From NCBI RefSeq assembly GCF_009914755.1, contig NC_060928.1: 64,000 nt of DNA, one strand, 5' to 3'. The notes under the pieces were generated by a model. It saw only the letters and a list, made by a program, of their open reading frames with translations. It did not search any database and had not been told where the DNA came from. Shown here one piece after another: positions 44,230 to 61,590 of this stretch; the first letter of the stretch is position 1; the number at the start of each line of letters is the position of its first letter. Both the position numbers and the translations under genes were made by a program. This stretch comes from the human T2T-CHM13v2.0 reference genome, Homo sapiens.

Positions 44230-45013
44230 AACCATGAAAATAGATATTTGCTGAACTCATAAGTTTATTTGGGTAACAAGAGTCAAAATGATATTGGTTA
44301 GCAAATAAAAATTCAGGATACATATTCCAAAAATGCTGTTTATGTAATTAATTTGGTGAAGTCTGTCAAAAAAACCAGCTAGTTGCTGTGGCCGTGTTGA
44401 CTGCTGTGGTAAATTAAGTGATGCCCTAGCAAACTAAAGACAGTGTCATGCCTTCCAAAAGGCCCAGAGAGAGCTTCAGGAGAGAATAGGTCCATCCTCA
44501 TGTAGCCGGGAGAATTGCAGAATGAAATTGCTCCCAGTATTACTAGTAAACCTTCAAATTTCATTTACTGGGGCAGAGATAGTTCCGGTTTTAAGGAAAT
44601 AATAGAAAATCATGGTCTGAAAATTCTCAAACCTGAAAGGTGATATTCCATTTCAGGCAGAAGAAGAATTTGCTCCTCAAAATAGAAATGTTGAAAGAGA
44701 AGGAAGTTGACGTTTAAAAAAAGTAGTTGTGAAATAGCAGCTGTTTCTTTTAGCTCTGATATTCAATAAAAATAAAATTTATTTTGCCTTTAATTGTATT
44801 TTATTTGCCCATCATACATAAAAGTACTTACATTATATATGAAATATTGTATATATCAGGAACAAGTGTAAAGCTTCATGAACAATTTGGAGTGACTTAT
44901 AGTTTTCTTAATTTAATTATTTTTACTTTAGTGTGCTCTACCAGCAGTTTCCACTACTATTTAAACCTTATAAACATCTTCCAGACATTGAATATGACTC
45001 TTCTGTTTGTTTA

Positions 45014-45352
<339 letters not shown>

Positions 45353-45875
45353 TTAGGTATGGATTTTATAGATCTCAGTGGCGTATCAAATAATATAAAT
45401 ATTATATGATTGGGATGGTGGAAGTTTCTTTGGTATGGACATAGAAATATACCAAGTTCCTGTTAGCCAGTGAGGAGGGAAACCCAAGCTTGCCTTAGTA
45501 TGGAAAGATTATAACAACAACAAACATAAGCAAAAACACTACCAGCAGCACCAAGAAAAGCTCAAAGAACTTTGTGGTTGGAATGAGGCATAAAGGATTT
45601 TACCAGAACAATCAAGTCTTATTTTATTATTGTTAGAAGTTTTTTGCCAACCAAAATTTTTCTGTAACAGTGAAGGGCATATAATTCATAGAGCCTGAGA
45701 GGAGAAGAGTAAATTAATTATGGAAGTGGGACTTGAAAGCTTTTCTTCAGTACTTCCATTTTATCAATGGGCAGTTGTGGCATCCATAGGTAACATAACC
45801 CGCCAAACATCAGCTTTTCAAGTAGCTAGTTAAGATTTGGATAAAAATTAGTATTAGGTAATTATAAGGCCAGTA

Positions 45876-45984
45876 TTTTTTTTTATACTTTAAGCTCTAG
45901 GGTACATGTGCACAATCTGCAGGTTTGTTACATATGTATACATGTGCTATGTTGGTGTGCTGCACCCATTAACTCATCATTTAC
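45876..45984 (-). mobile_element. Very short L1PA 3' end
   Basis: TSD ataaggccagtatttt on both sides. Confidence 0.93.
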
Positions 45985-46729
45985 ATAAGGCCAGTATTTT
46001 ATTAATGCAGCTTTTCTTGTCTGAGTGTAATTGCTCTGTTTTTGTTCTTCATACTACATTTAATTTTTTGTGTCTCTGTGTCTTGTCTTGTATTAGACTC
46101 CTTTGCATTATTTCTTAATTCCTGGAAGTTAAAGGTAGTAATTTACCATCAAGTGAGATGGAGTACTCTCCCACTTCAAGTAATTTTTGTTTCTAATGAC
46201 AGATACCCTTTCTGGCTCTCCTGAATTGCCCTATTCTGTCTCATGGTAAAATCACATTCTGCCACACAAACATTCATTCAGTAGAACATGGCACATAGTC
46301 CTGGAGCAAAAGATAGAAGCTAAAAAACAAGTTTCATGCTTAGATTATGTCTAAGATTAGAATATAGAATATCTGTATTTCAGTAGGATATATATGGCTA
46401 CATTTTGTTTTATAATTTTGTTTAAAGATGATTATTTGTTCTAATTTACACCTAGAAAAACTTTGTTTAAAACAAAAATGAAAGAATCCAATTGGCTTTT
46501 CCATGTTATATTTGCTTTCATCTGGGATTCTTTTAAAAATTTAAATAATCGAAGACGTAGAGGGGGGCAAAACAAGTTTGTTTTGTACCTGTTATATTCT
46601 AGTAAGTTTTTGCTTCTCTATTTCTATTTCCACCACTCCCAAAGAAATTGGGGCTCTTTGGCTCCATCCATTCTTATTAATATTAAGGTCTCTGGTAAAA
46701 TTTGCTTGTATACTTAGATGAAAGAGGTT

Positions 46730-47377
46730 TTTATTGTTGTTGTTGTTTTATAATTTCAACTTCTCTTTTAAATTCAGTGAGTACAGGTACAGGTTTGTTA
46801 CATAGGTATATTGCATGATGCTGAGGTTTGGAATACAAATGATCCCATCACCCAAGTAGTGAGCATACTACCCACTAGGTAGTTTTTCTCTCTTCCTGCC
46901 TTCCCTCCCTCCACCTCTGGTAGTCTCTAGTTTCTGTTGTTGCCATCTGGATGTCCATGAGTTGCCAATGTTTAGCTGCTACTTAATAAGTGAGAATACA
47001 CAGTATTTGGTTTTGTGTTCCTATATTAATTCACTTAGGATAATGGCTTCCAGCTGCATCTAAGTTGCTGCAAACGATGATTTCATTCTTTTTTATGGCA
47101 GTGTAGTACCATGGTGCATATGTACCACATTTTCTTTATCCATCCACTGTTGATTGTCACCTAGGTCGACCCCATGTCTTTGCTATTGTGAATAGTGCTG
47201 TGATGAACATATGAGTGCATGTGTCTTTTGGGTTAGAGCTATTTCTTTTAGATCTATGCCCAGCAATGGGATTCACTGGGTCGAATGGTAGTTCTGTTTT
47301 ACATTCTTTGAGAAATCTCCAAACTGCTTCCACAGTAGCTGAACTAATTTACATTCCTACTAACAGTGTATAAGCAA
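46730..47377 (-). mobile_element. L1PB/older L1PA 3' fragment
   Basis: L1 3' UTR; near-TSD atgaaaga. Confidence 0.9.
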
Positions 47378-48542
47378 TGAAAGAATTTTTGAACATATAG
47401 CAGCCTCAGCCTGTGATTTCTGTACCTTCCTGTTTCCTCCTCCCTCATATCAGAATCAAAGTGATCTTCATGGTTCTCCATCAATAAAAAAGCCTGGTTA
47501 TCCCTTTGTGATAATTTTCGATTGGATTAATACCTTTCACTTTAAATAAGTATTACCCACTTTTTAAATGTCTTGCCTGCAAAGAAATGTATAATTTTTA
47601 CATCTTTGCTAATATGATAGAGGAAAGTGATATTTAATTTACTTATTTTTAATTACTAGTGAATTTGAGTTATTACCTTTTCTGTTATTTATAATTTATT
47701 TATATACTTATTCTTTTTTTTCCAGCAGCTCTATTCTCTTTTCTGGTTTAGAATGTTCCTTTATTTTAAAAAAAATTAAAGGATCTTGATTTTTTAAATA
47801 TCTATTAGTTGCAACTGCTTTCCTAAGATTTTGGTTACTTTTTAATTTTGTTTTATGTGTTTTGAAACATAAGTATGTTTTGAAATATTTTTATTAAAGC
47901 TAACCAATATTTTCTCAATATCTTTTGAAACTTAGAAAGTCTTTTTAAAACCTAGAAATGGGAAAAAATATTTTTCTGTATTTTTATGTCTTAATTTAAC
48001 TGTTAATACTATAGTCCACAAGGATTTTTCTGACCAATACTTCAGCACTTTTACTGAATCGTTCTCCCCCTTTCTCACTTTTTTTGTGAACTCATTTTTA
48101 TCTTGTATTCTTGTGCCACAAATTTAAATCTTTAGGTTACCTTTCAGGTTGTTTTGCATTAACATTTTTATCTCTGTGGAATAAAGTTGATGTTTCTTGT
48201 TTAATGAGATTTAAGCATTGGAACATGTTAGGGTGGTGGTGTTGGATTTAACTTGGCGTGATTCTAGAAATTACTGTAGACAAGAGGCTGTGTATGTTAC
48301 TTATGTTAAGCCAGACCAAATAATATAATCTGTGTGATTGAGAAATGATGCATGAATAACCACCTCCATTTACAAGGGGTGCCTGTATGTGTGTATATAT
48401 GTATATGTATATTTTATTAATCCTTCTAATAGACCATTGGATGACTTATTTCTATTTCCTCTTTTCATGATAAAGAAACTGAGACCCCAAAATGTAAAGT
48501 AACATGATAACCTCACATAGCTAATGAGTGATAAGGTCATGA

Positions 48543-48804
<262 letters not shown>

Positions 48805-50762
48805 AATATTTATATACTAATTGGTTACCTGGAATGATTTAAGAGGGTAGTTTAATCTGCTCTGAAGAGATACACTTCATAAACATAGTTTGTGTTTGTG
48901 TACGTGTGGGGGAGTTCACATGTGAAAGTTTATAAAAAGACATCATTTGAAATTTTAATTTTTGTTATGCATTTGCCCACCATGAAATATTTTGTTCTGT
49001 TTTCCTCTTTAACTCAAGGCAAACAATTTTGCTTCAGTATAATATAGGACTTTTTCCTCCTTGAATCACTCTGCCCTTTGTTGATACATTGGTATGTCTT
49101 TGGTAACAATTCTGCTGTACTTCATTTTGTTTTATAGCCCTGCCCTAGAACATTTAAAATTAAATTACACCTTATAGTTGATAAGCAGGTTGTTCTTCTA
49201 TTATTTGTAATATTATGCATCAGTATTTGTATTGTCTTAAAAGTCTTAAATAGGTTATTTATATTCCTCATTTTCCAGTCATATTTATTTTCCTGCTTTA
49301 GTGTAAAGGTGATTATTACTGCACATTATATGGTTGAAACATAATTCAGTTATGGTTTTATATATTCCTCAGGTGAATATTTGCTTTTTCTCCATGTAAA
49401 ATACATTTTTCTTAAGAGCTCTGTCTTTCTACTTCTCTCTATACCAATTTTAACTTCATCAGTAAATTAATGTATCATTATTCCCAGTAGTAGTTTAGCT
49501 TACTAACCTTGAAATTTATATCTGTGTTTATTGTAAGAGGCTTTTTGGCAAATTGATCTTGACAATAATAGAGAAAGAAAGCATGGTGACCTAGGACACA
49601 ACGTTCTACTGAAGTAATTCGCAGTTCTTTGAATGTGTAGAGTTTTTTTGTTGTTGTTTATTTGTTTTAAATAAGCCAAGATACAATGCATATAGTCTTC
49701 TGAGTTATTCATTAATACCTCACATGTAATTATTTTAAATTATTATTGGTAGAAACAGACAATTTAGAATGCTTTTTTTTCTTTAGCCATTGCAATATAA
49801 AGTTGATTGGTACAGCTTGCAAAGCACAATGTGAGTTTAAAATATGTCTCCTGAAACCATGTGTTCTTAACTTGGGGAGCTGGTTTTGTGGTCAGTTTGA
49901 AGCTGTTCCCATAGTGTATGTTCCTTCTAGTTAAAAGGAAATGTGATATTTGTGCTAACATGATTTCATTGTTAATAGTCCAAACTAGTACTATAAATTG
50001 TAGAGGTAGAGAATCAATTTTAAAATTTTGGTTATATTTTAATAAAATATTTTTTGTGACACATAAGTTTCTGTTTATTAGCTGTGTATTGCCAGTGGTA
50101 TTAATTGATGGTATTAGAGCATACCTGAGATCAAATACTGGTTTAGAAATACCATAAGGCATGTAGAACACACAGATGGCCAATTGTACATTGGCGTCCT
50201 GTAAGGCCACTCATTTCTTACATTTAGGGCAGTTCAACAAACAGGCTGACGTACTATGATCTTTCAGACAGCCCACCCACCCAGCCAGGAGCCATACATG
50301 TTATCACTCCCCTCTGTGTTTCCCTCCTCCCCTCCCACTTCCCTTCCTGGTTACACTCTTCCTTTCTTGATCCGTCTTCTTCCCGGCTCCTTCCTTTCTT
50401 TCCTAGTTTTTCTTTCACTTTTTTATCTTGTTCATAAATGTCAGTTGCATCTCAGCAAGTTTCTGTTATACCAAGTTGTTAACTGATTTTTTTTTTAAAT
50501 TTCAACTTTTCCTTATCTTCTGTCTTCTGTCTATTGCCCAATTATGTTAGAAAACTCTTTTTGTGTGTGTGCATTTTGAAGAAAATCTTTCCAGTTGTAA
50601 CAGAAACAGTAAATGCCTGGAAGCAAGAAAAACATGTGTTATAAAATGTAAAACTGCAATTAGCATCTTTCACAATTTCCCTAAAGTCATTTACCCTCTC
50701 ATTTTATAATTAATGGTAACGTCAACATGTCACGGATATTTGTATATATGATAATAGTTTCC

Positions 50763-51162
<400 letters not shown>

Positions 51163-51225
51163 GTTTTATTTAATCCTTATAATAATTCTATGTGATGGCT
51201 ATTATTATCCCTATTTTAAAGGTAA

Positions 51226-51609
<384 letters not shown>

Positions 51610-53399
51610 CTACCTTCTGATTCTTAAAACTTTACAGTATAATATATGACTCTCTTTTAAAATAAGTAATTTTACTTTCCTACTCCTATACATGTCTAAA
51701 AGTTTGAGAAGTAGTGCAGCAATTCATAAGGCTTTCACATTTACCAGGTGTCCAAATCAGAGAGCAGCAACTCTATTCCTACAAGGAAGACAAGAGTCTG
51801 TTGATATTTACGAACATTAATACATTAATTAATTTTAATATATTATTCTCATGTTATTTTATATTTTTCTCACTTTTGTAACTCTACCAGGGTTTCTTTA
51901 TACAACAACAGCAACAATACTTATGAAAACATGTTCTTCCAAATAAATCCATGCTATACTCTGGAATGTTTTTTGAGGCAGGTCAGATTTTCAAGCTTTC
52001 TAATTTCAGTTAACCTCTAATAGACTTTTTCATTAGTAATATCACACTATGATGGCATGAATTTTTAGAACACATCATTATAAAAATAGATGTTTTAAGT
52101 TATTTGTATATAGTTATTCTGTTAGCTTTTTACCTTTGCCTTGCTCTGCTTTTCAGGAACTCTGTTAGGAATTATATGAGACAGAAAATAATATTCAAAA
52201 CAAATTCTATTTTTAATCTAGTTAGAAGAACCTTTTTTCAAGATTTGGCATAGGAGAAATAAAAGCTATGGAAAAAATAACCTTTAGAAATTATCTGTTG
52301 ACTTTTTCATGACTGTTCTAGCCCCATTATTTGTAAGATATAATTTAAGGTTCTTATAAATTATAACTCCTGTTGTAAAATGTTTTGCATTTTAAAAGCA
52401 TTTTAAGACCTATTGCTTCTTTTCACCTTGCTCCTTCAAATGCTTTGAAACAAGAATATGCATTTTATACACAGAAAAATCAAGATGAAGTTAAGGGTGG
52501 GTGCAGATCCCAGAGTGAAAAGCTAAGTGTTTTGGCCTTGCCAGAATAGTTCTAAAGCTTGGTTATCTTAATTGCAATATATGAAAATGTAAAGAAATAA
52601 ATACCTAATGTGTTAACCCATACCAAAGTCTATAGAAATAATCAGTGGTAGGTACAAGTCATTTAAGAAAAAAGTTATGAGAGTGTTATTTAATATTAAG
52701 AAAATTTTATAAATTTAATTTAGTTGTTTTTGAAAACTGAGAAAAGAATTTAATATGATTATAGTGGCAGAACACCTGTATTGAGCTTGTGCAACTATGT
52801 GGGAGTTTAGTTTGAGAGCCACTGAATTATCACATAAAAATTATTAATCAGTATATAGGGTGGCAGTAATATTTTCCTGACTATTTTAATAAGCTGTGTT
52901 GGTATGTCAGTAAAGAGTTTATAAGGAATACAGGCCAGCTTAAGTAAACTATTGAATATCTGTCTCATACTGTACGGGGAAAAGTGATGACAGCGTGACT
53001 ATGTAGAGTTATATAAACTATGTAAAAAGTCATAAAAATGTGAGTGGAGTGAATTTGTCACCTCGATTTTCTTTTCCCTTAACCACTCTACTTTCCTTCT
53101 CTCTCCATCTGTAATGCTATGCAGTAACTTCAGTTTTATGCTTCCATCCATGGCAGATATCATCAAGCAATCTAACACTTATTCTTGTTGAGGTTCCAGT
53201 AAGCCTTGAGTCCAAGCTGCCACTACTACAGGGGGTTATCCACATGGAAAGTGCAGATTGTTACTACTCACCTCATTCCGTAAGCAGAAGCAAATTCTGT
53301 ATAGATGAAGGACTTAACTATGACAGCCAATACTTTAAAATATTTAGAAAATAAATATTTTTATTATCAGCTAAGAATTTCTTTACCAAGACCAGAAAT

Positions 53400-54320
53400 A
53401 GAGCAAATAATAAAGAAACAAATTAATTAATTCAGCAACATTAAAATGAAAAATCAAAACTGTGTTCATCAAAGGACACTAAAAAAGAATAAGAAAGACC
53501 CAAAATTGGTTTAGTATATAGAATTTATTAAAGATACCATGAATCAGTAAGAAAAGTAAATTTGGTAAATATAAAAATAGGAATTTCAAAAAGAGAAAAT
53601 CCAAATAGTCAATAAACATATGAAACATGCTGAACCTCATTAATAATTAAAGAACAAAATTAAAACTAGAGTGATGAGGGTTGGGCACAGTGTCTCATGC
53701 TTATAATCCCAGTGCTTTGGAAGGCTGAGACAGAAGGATCCCTTGAGCCCCGGAGTTGATGATTGCAGTGAACTGTGATCACTCCACTGCACTGTAGCCT
53801 AATTGACAGAATGAGACTCTCTGTCTCTCTTAGAAAAAAAAAGAGTGATGTATCATTTCATTTCATACCTACCATGTTGGTAAAAATATAAAAGTCTGAA
53901 AATAACAAATCTTGGTGTGGATGTGAAGCAACACGAACTCTCATTCACTGCTAATGGCGATGCAAATTGGTACAGCTGTATTGATAAATTGAAACCGAAC
54001 ATAAACATATTTTTCCGCAGCAATTCTACCCCTAGGTATATATCCTATAGAAATTTTTGCTTGTATGCCTCAGGAAATAGGTATGCAATTTTTTAATAGT
54101 AGTAGTATACATAGTAGGGAAACAAACAAATGAAAGAAATCTGGAAACAACCCAAAAGAGAACAGATCTGATAAGTTGGAAAATATTTTATACAGTGGAA
54201 TTAACATAGTAATAAAAATGAATGCTCCCCAGCTACATTCATGAGCCTGCAGAATCCCCAAAACACAATTTTGGATGAAAAAAGCAAGTCACAAAAAATA
54301 CATACAACATGATTCTCATT
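53400..54320 (+). mobile_element. L1M(B/E) fragment with an Alu monomer (53679-53841)
   Basis: caataaacatatgaaacatgctgaacctca; cagcaattctacccctaggtatata; TSD agagtgatg. Confidence 0.8.
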
Positions 54321-54489
54321 AAAATGATGTAGAGTTTCTTCTTCCTCTCTTAGCAAGTTGAAGTTGGCTTCATGGAATTGAGAAAATATGATATTTAAGA
54401 CACAGTTAAGGAGTATGTGGCAGGTTCGAACACCAGTTTTCAGGATACCCTTATTTTCTACTTTAATGGTTTATCTGAGGGGCCCTTCA

Positions 54490-54635
54490 TAGTTTGGTAA
54501 GTGGCTAAAATGGTGGGCTCTGAATTTAGAGATCTGGAGTTCTGAGCCTGCCTCCACCATCTAGTAACTGTGTGAACTGTAACAAATTAGTTAACTTCTC
54601 TGGGCCTCAGTGTACTCATTTGTAAAGAAGGATCT
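54490..54635 (+). mobile_element. MIR
   Basis: ttaacttctctgggcctcagtgtactcatttgtaaa core. Confidence 0.75.
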
Positions 54636-55854
54636 TTCACTGAAGAGGAGTTCCTCTTTCCGTGTGGAGAATGATGAACTGAAGTTGAGAATCTAGCCAA
54701 AAGATGGCATAGTACAACCGAGTGAGACCAAATGAGAACATGAACTTAAGACAGAGGCAGAGGATTGCAAGACAAAGGAAACTTGAAAGATGTAAAAAGA
54801 GCATAAACCAAACAGATTTGGGGGACACAGAGAAGGAATAGCAACAGAACATCTCATGTTGTCTGACCTGGCTAATTGGCTAAATGCTGGTATGATTTAT
54901 AAAAATAGAAGACATAGGAGGGGCCCGTTTCAGGGTAAAGATGGGTACTTTACATTTCCTTGTGTAAGTACAATAATCTCAGACCCCCCAAATTAATCAC
55001 ATCTTTCATATTGCTGTTATTCTGTACCTGCCACTGTGTCATTCCTGGAAGCTATTTCCATCCATTCCAGTGCATGGTTGTTAATTGATGTGTGTTTTCT
55101 CATTACTGCTGGAATAGGTCCTTGCTCACCCCGAAGTGACACCCTTCTGGTTTAGTGAAACTTCCATCCTCAGTTATCCACTATTTTGGAACCATATCTC
55201 TCTAACAGCTTCATCATCTAGAGCCTGATTTTGGTTCTCCATTCCCTCCTTTTGGTGTTCAGTGTCTTTTGCTCTCATTAGTTGTCCCACTTCATTAAAA
55301 GAGAAATTTCAGTAGTATTGCATTTCAAAGGAAATGGAGCTGGGAGTCTCTGCTCCTTGGAAATTGCTTGGCCATATGAAAATTGGTTAGTTCTTCCCTT
55401 AGACTAGCTCTTTAAAACAGGGTATTGGAAGATCCTTGCTAGGCAACCAAGAAATCTGTTACCCCTTAATCCAGAGCAATGTTGTATCTTTACTTTATGT
55501 CTTATGATAAGAAAACCACTCAGGTGTTCAGTAATAGCTAAGAAAGATTTGTTTCAGGGTGAGTTTTGGTGTCCAAAAGGATCAAAATGGGTTGACAGAT
55601 TCTCTCTCCTACTAGAAAGTGTTAGGGTCACTCTCATGAGGCATCGGACCATGGATATCAGCTTAATTTTTCATATGCTGGATATGTGCCTTATATTATT
55701 TAGGAATTGCATTTGGATGGAAGTAAAGAAACTGTAAATAATTGTAGAAAAAACTAAAAGTTATTTCTCTCCTTTTTTGTGAAAAACCTTTAATTTATGT
55801 CAGTTGCTTTTTAATCTGTACCTGATTTTGTTAAATTTGTTTTTTGTTTGTGTG

Positions 55855-56137
55855 TTTTATTAAACTGTTATTTTAGATTCGGGAGTACATGTGAAGGCTG
55901 GTTACGTAGGTAAACTTGGGTCACGGTGGTTTGTTGTACAGATTATTTCATCCCCCAGAGATTAAGCCCAGTCCCCAATAGTTATTTTTTCTGCTCCTCT
56001 CCCTCCGCCCACCCTCCACCCTCAGGTAGACCCCACTGTCTGTTGTTTCTTTCTTATCATTTAGCTCCCGCTTATAAGTGAGAACATACAGTATTTGGTT
56101 TTCTGTCCCTGTGTTAGTTTGCTAAGAATAGTAGCCA
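55855..56137 (-). mobile_element. Older L1PA 3' end, internally deleted
   Basis: gggagtacatgtgaagg...ttataagtgagaacatacagtatttgg. Confidence 0.85.
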
Positions 56138-56500
56138 GAGGTGGGCAATCAGGGATTATGAGACTGTTCCACAGAGCTCAGGGACCTAGTATCTCTCTCT
56201 TTTTCTGCTCCGCCAGCCTAGCCTGTGGCTTCCATCTTCGGTGACACATATGGTTCATTGTGGCTGCTGTCGCTCTAGCTGTCATGTCTAATTTCTAGGC
56301 AGCAGGAAAGAAGTGGATGTGAGTGACAGACATATCCATATACCTCCTAGGCAAGTACCTTCCTTAAGCAGCAATTCAAAATGTCCGCCCTCTGGTTACA
56401 TTTTATTAGCCAGCTTTTAATTCAATGGCTACCTCATGATCTTTTAGCTGGCTATATTACTACTCTGAAAAACCAGGAATCTGTTGCCAAGGAAAAAGAA
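56138..56500 (-). mobile_element. Old MLT1/LTR33-like LTR remnant
   Basis: Degenerate tctgctccgcca / tggctgctg / gcagcaggaa motifs. Confidence 0.5.
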
Positions 56501-56506
56501 AAGATG

Positions 56507-56906
<400 letters not shown>

Positions 56907-59900
56907 TTATAGATAAGTAGGAAAAATGGACATTGCTCTTTAATCATAAATACAATATGCAGATTCCCTATTTTGAGATGTCCCCTTTGAAATTCATTAG
57001 CCATTTAAAAATAATTTTTGCTCTTTTTTTTCTTAACACATTAAGTTAAAATGCAGAGTTTCATACAAAGGTTTCAATACCTATTAGACAATTAAGGAAC
57101 TGAGGGATCAACTAAGCAGGTTTCTGTCTAGATGTACACACATATTTAGAACCTTACGTCTGTCAGAAGGAAGGTGTGTTTTTTAGTCAGAACCAGAAAG
57201 TGAGGCAGCATACAGTTTGTGAATTATTATTTCAATATGTTGTAATTAATTAATTAAAGAGAAATTGATTCTTGATATATTTGAATGATTCATTTCTAAT
57301 CTTAAGCATTTGTACTTAACCTTTGTGTACTTTGATGTAAATGTACCTATGCTGCTTCTTATTAATACTGATTTTGAATTAATATTGGCATAGAGACAGT
57401 TATTTTTGATGCTTTTCCAGCTGTGTAAATATACGTATTGCATAAACAAACTAAAATTAATCACAGAATTTACTGTGCTAGCAGCATTTACAACTTCATT
57501 GTGGACCCATGTTTTAAACATCTGTCCTTCATTTACTATATCTTAAATAGGCTTTTATAACACAAGCAGAATTACAAGTATTTACACAAAGATGATAAAA
57601 TACAATAGTACTGAGAAGAAGAAACAAAATTTTGGAGAAGAATTTCTTCATAATTAACACAGTTTGGGTTAGTAATTCTCGCTCTCATAGAAACAAATAG
57701 GTGCCTATCCAAAATAAGGAAGAAATCATTTTTAAGAGAGTTCCTGAGAGACTAAACTTTTTAATACTTTAAAAAATGTTGAAAGCAAAATTTTTAAAGG
57801 GGCAATTTATTTTTTTTAATGTTTTGTCTTATGTTAAAAATTATATAACTTTCTCATTAAATAACTAGTTTTTCAAATAAAAAAAAAAGTTATGTGCCCT
57901 TTAGTTAGGAGGCTGTACAAAGTAGAGACACAGATTTAGTAAATATGACTTTCAAAAGTCCCACCAACAATGACTATATATCTGTCTAATTTGATTATGT
58001 AAAAGTTCTAGAATTTTATTTTTATGGTTAATTTTTTAGTTTGAGCCCTGCAAGGCTAGTTCCTGATGTATTTTCTTCAACTGATGTTATTTTAGATAAA
58101 ATTATTTTTATCTGATTTTCCATTGAGAAATCATGGACATTTGCTTCCTTGGCTGACTTACAGGTACAGGTCAGTACTAAAGGACCCACATGAATAGGCC
58201 TTACATATGAGACAGCTCACCCCATGCAGAGATGCCTCCCCAGGCTAGCTATTTGTACTCTGGAAAAGGCATGAGAAAACAGGTTCTAAGACTGCCCAGT
58301 TTCTCAGGATTTATACAGTCATTGTTTTCTGTATATATGGGAGCAAACAGTGTCCTTAAAGATGATTTAAAAAATTAGAAAACGTAAACTTTCGGAATAG
58401 CACTACTGATACATGGAATAGAAGAAAACAGCAACGGTAAAGAAGTGATGAATTAGAAAAGATATAATTGTTTGAAGTCATCAACCCACATTGAAGTCTA
58501 GATGTCTGTTTTCACTTGTTATGTTATAAAGTTGATATTTTATTATACTACTTATTATATGTTTGCTTTATGTATATATGTATGTATCACTTTACCTAAT
58601 TAGATTGTAGTGGTTTTGTGGAAACTACTGTCTTTTACTTTCAGGTTTTCCTGTAGCATCTAACATCACATGAGACACTTTGTCATCTTAAAATAAAGAT
58701 GTTTATTACCCTAAAACTAGATCCAAGTGGCACATTTGCTTAGTAGTGGTTTCTTGATACAGTGTTTTAAGGATTTGGGGCTAGGTCTGTGTCATTAGGG
58801 AAAATACAGTTTTACATTTAGTCAGGGAGTCTGTTTTGTTTATTACTGTTTATCTGGTGCTTACAGTGGTTGTCTGACAGGTTTAAGTCCTAAATAATTG
58901 TTAAAAGAATGAATAAATGATTCTATAATAGTTGAGACAGCTAATAAGTAGTAAACATATTTGCTGTCTTGTTAACTAAATCAACTGTAAAATCTTTTCT
59001 AATTCTAAATTCTGCCGTTAATATAAATATTTGTTGATTCAGCAAATATTATCTCAGCATCCAAACTCAGAAGTTAGACTATCTTATAATTCATAGAATC
59101 CACTGAAGAATTGTAGATTCAAAGACATTAAGAATAATTAAGTTAATAAAAGCAATCTTTTCTAGGGTTTAACTACCATTATTTAGAAACAATGAAAAAA
59201 GCCTGACCTGTTTAATTTGATGAATCAATTTCAATTTTGTTATGTCAAACTCCAACTAATATTAAATTAATTAATTGTGTAGAATTTTTCTTTGGTTTAT
59301 ATTGTAGCTTATACAGAGTGAAAGGCCACTAACCTGGCTCTGAAATAAGGCTTGGGCATGATTGCATTCTCTATTTTATGTAGGGTAAGATGATGCAGAG
59401 ACCCTTTATCTGACTTTATCATTATAATATCAGAATTCTAAAAGGGAACCTAATCTTCCTTTAATATCATCTTTTATACGTAAAGTGGATCCTTAGAAAT
59501 TAAGTGATTAGATTTGTAGATTTTTACTATGAGGATTAATTTACTACCAAGGTCCTGATTTCAAGATTCGGACCTTTTTGAGATGTCGTTATTTCCCAGT
59601 GACTGGTGGTTTAAAACACTCTGCTAAGAACGAAATGGTTCTGTACTTCACAGAATGTCATCTAGCAGGGCTATGGGGTGGAGTGGGAGTGTGGCTGTCC
59701 CTCCGTCCCAGAGGGTTCTGTGATGCATGGGAAGAGGCAGCCGGAGCAGTGGCTTGCAGGTGTGGTCCATGGACCCTTGGGAGGGGGTGTCTCTAAGAAC
59801 CTTTAGGGCCTTTGTGAATTCAAAGCTATTTTCACAAGAACACTGACATGTTTTTTGCTCAGTGCTGACATTTGCTTCTGTGGCTTAGAAGCAGAGGCAG

Positions 59901-60179
59901 GTAAAATTGCTGCCACCTCAGCACCCATAAACATACAGGGTGTGCTGTATGCTGTGGTGATCTTCACTGACACACACGAAAGAAAGAAAAGAAAAATGAT
60001 CATTTAACTGAAAAATGTTCTTGACAAAGTAGTAAAAATTTTCAATCGTGTGAAATCTCATGCCTTTTTAATGTTCTTTGTAGTGAAATAGAAATACCCT
60101 TGGTCCTGCTGCATACTGAAGGACAATGGTTTTACTCAAGGAGTTGTTGCAGAACTAGTTCCTTTATTTAACAGAACTT

Positions 60180-60760
<581 letters not shown>

Positions 60761-61454
60761 TGGAACATCATTTTAAATTGAAAATATGACAGACAGACAA
60801 ACTAACAATTCAGACTTAGATATTGAGTAGATGTTTTTGTCAAAATGAGTGAACATATTACTTCAAGGAGATAATTGATAGTGTTTGTGATGGTGATAAA
60901 ATTTGAACTTTCAAGTAAAAACTGCAATTTTGAAAAACTTTGCAACTGCCACAGTGACCTTGAGAGCGTCTAAATATTTAAAATCCTTTTTGATGACATT
61001 GGTCCAGATATTACAAGTGTGATTTTTTTTTTGTTGTTACTTCATTAGGAAATGTGTTACCATTTGAAAGTTCTGCGTAACTCAGTGGGCTGATATTTTT
61101 CAAATGATCAGTGATCAACACATGATGTTACAAAATTATGCATGGATGAGAGATTCATTCAAAGTAGAAGATAATAGAATAGATTGTAATGTCATCATAC
61201 AGATGTTTTATTCGTATGATTCAAATCTATGTTGCAACTAAACTTTTGAGAAACTACCACTTCTTGAATTTGGGAGTAGTATTAAGGAAGAATATTCATA
61301 ATATCTAAAAAGGATGTTAAAATATTGCAGGTATTTTGAATTATTTTGCAATTATTTATAGATTGTAGAGATAAGAGAAAAGAATGGCAAGAGAAGGAGA
61401 AAGATGGAAGGCTTTAACAAAGTATTTGCGAAGTGTTTTCCACATCTACTCCTG

Positions 61455-61590
61455 ACTTTTGCGGGGTCCAGGGCAAGAGTACAAATGGAGAACTGCAGAC
61501 CATATGTCAAGATATTTAAAAGTTATAAATTTAGCTAACATGCAATTAAATAAAAATATATTTGTCCCCTTTCCCTGACAAGTATACCAT
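61455..61590. mobile_element. hAT-Tip100 (MER115/Zaphod-like) fragment
   Basis: ggtccagggcaagagtacaaatggag...atttaaaagttataaat. Confidence 0.65.

Noticed and set aside
49764-50210. Longest ORF (148 aa, minus strand)
   Set aside because: Non-ATG start, AT-driven composition, no recognisable homology or exon structure
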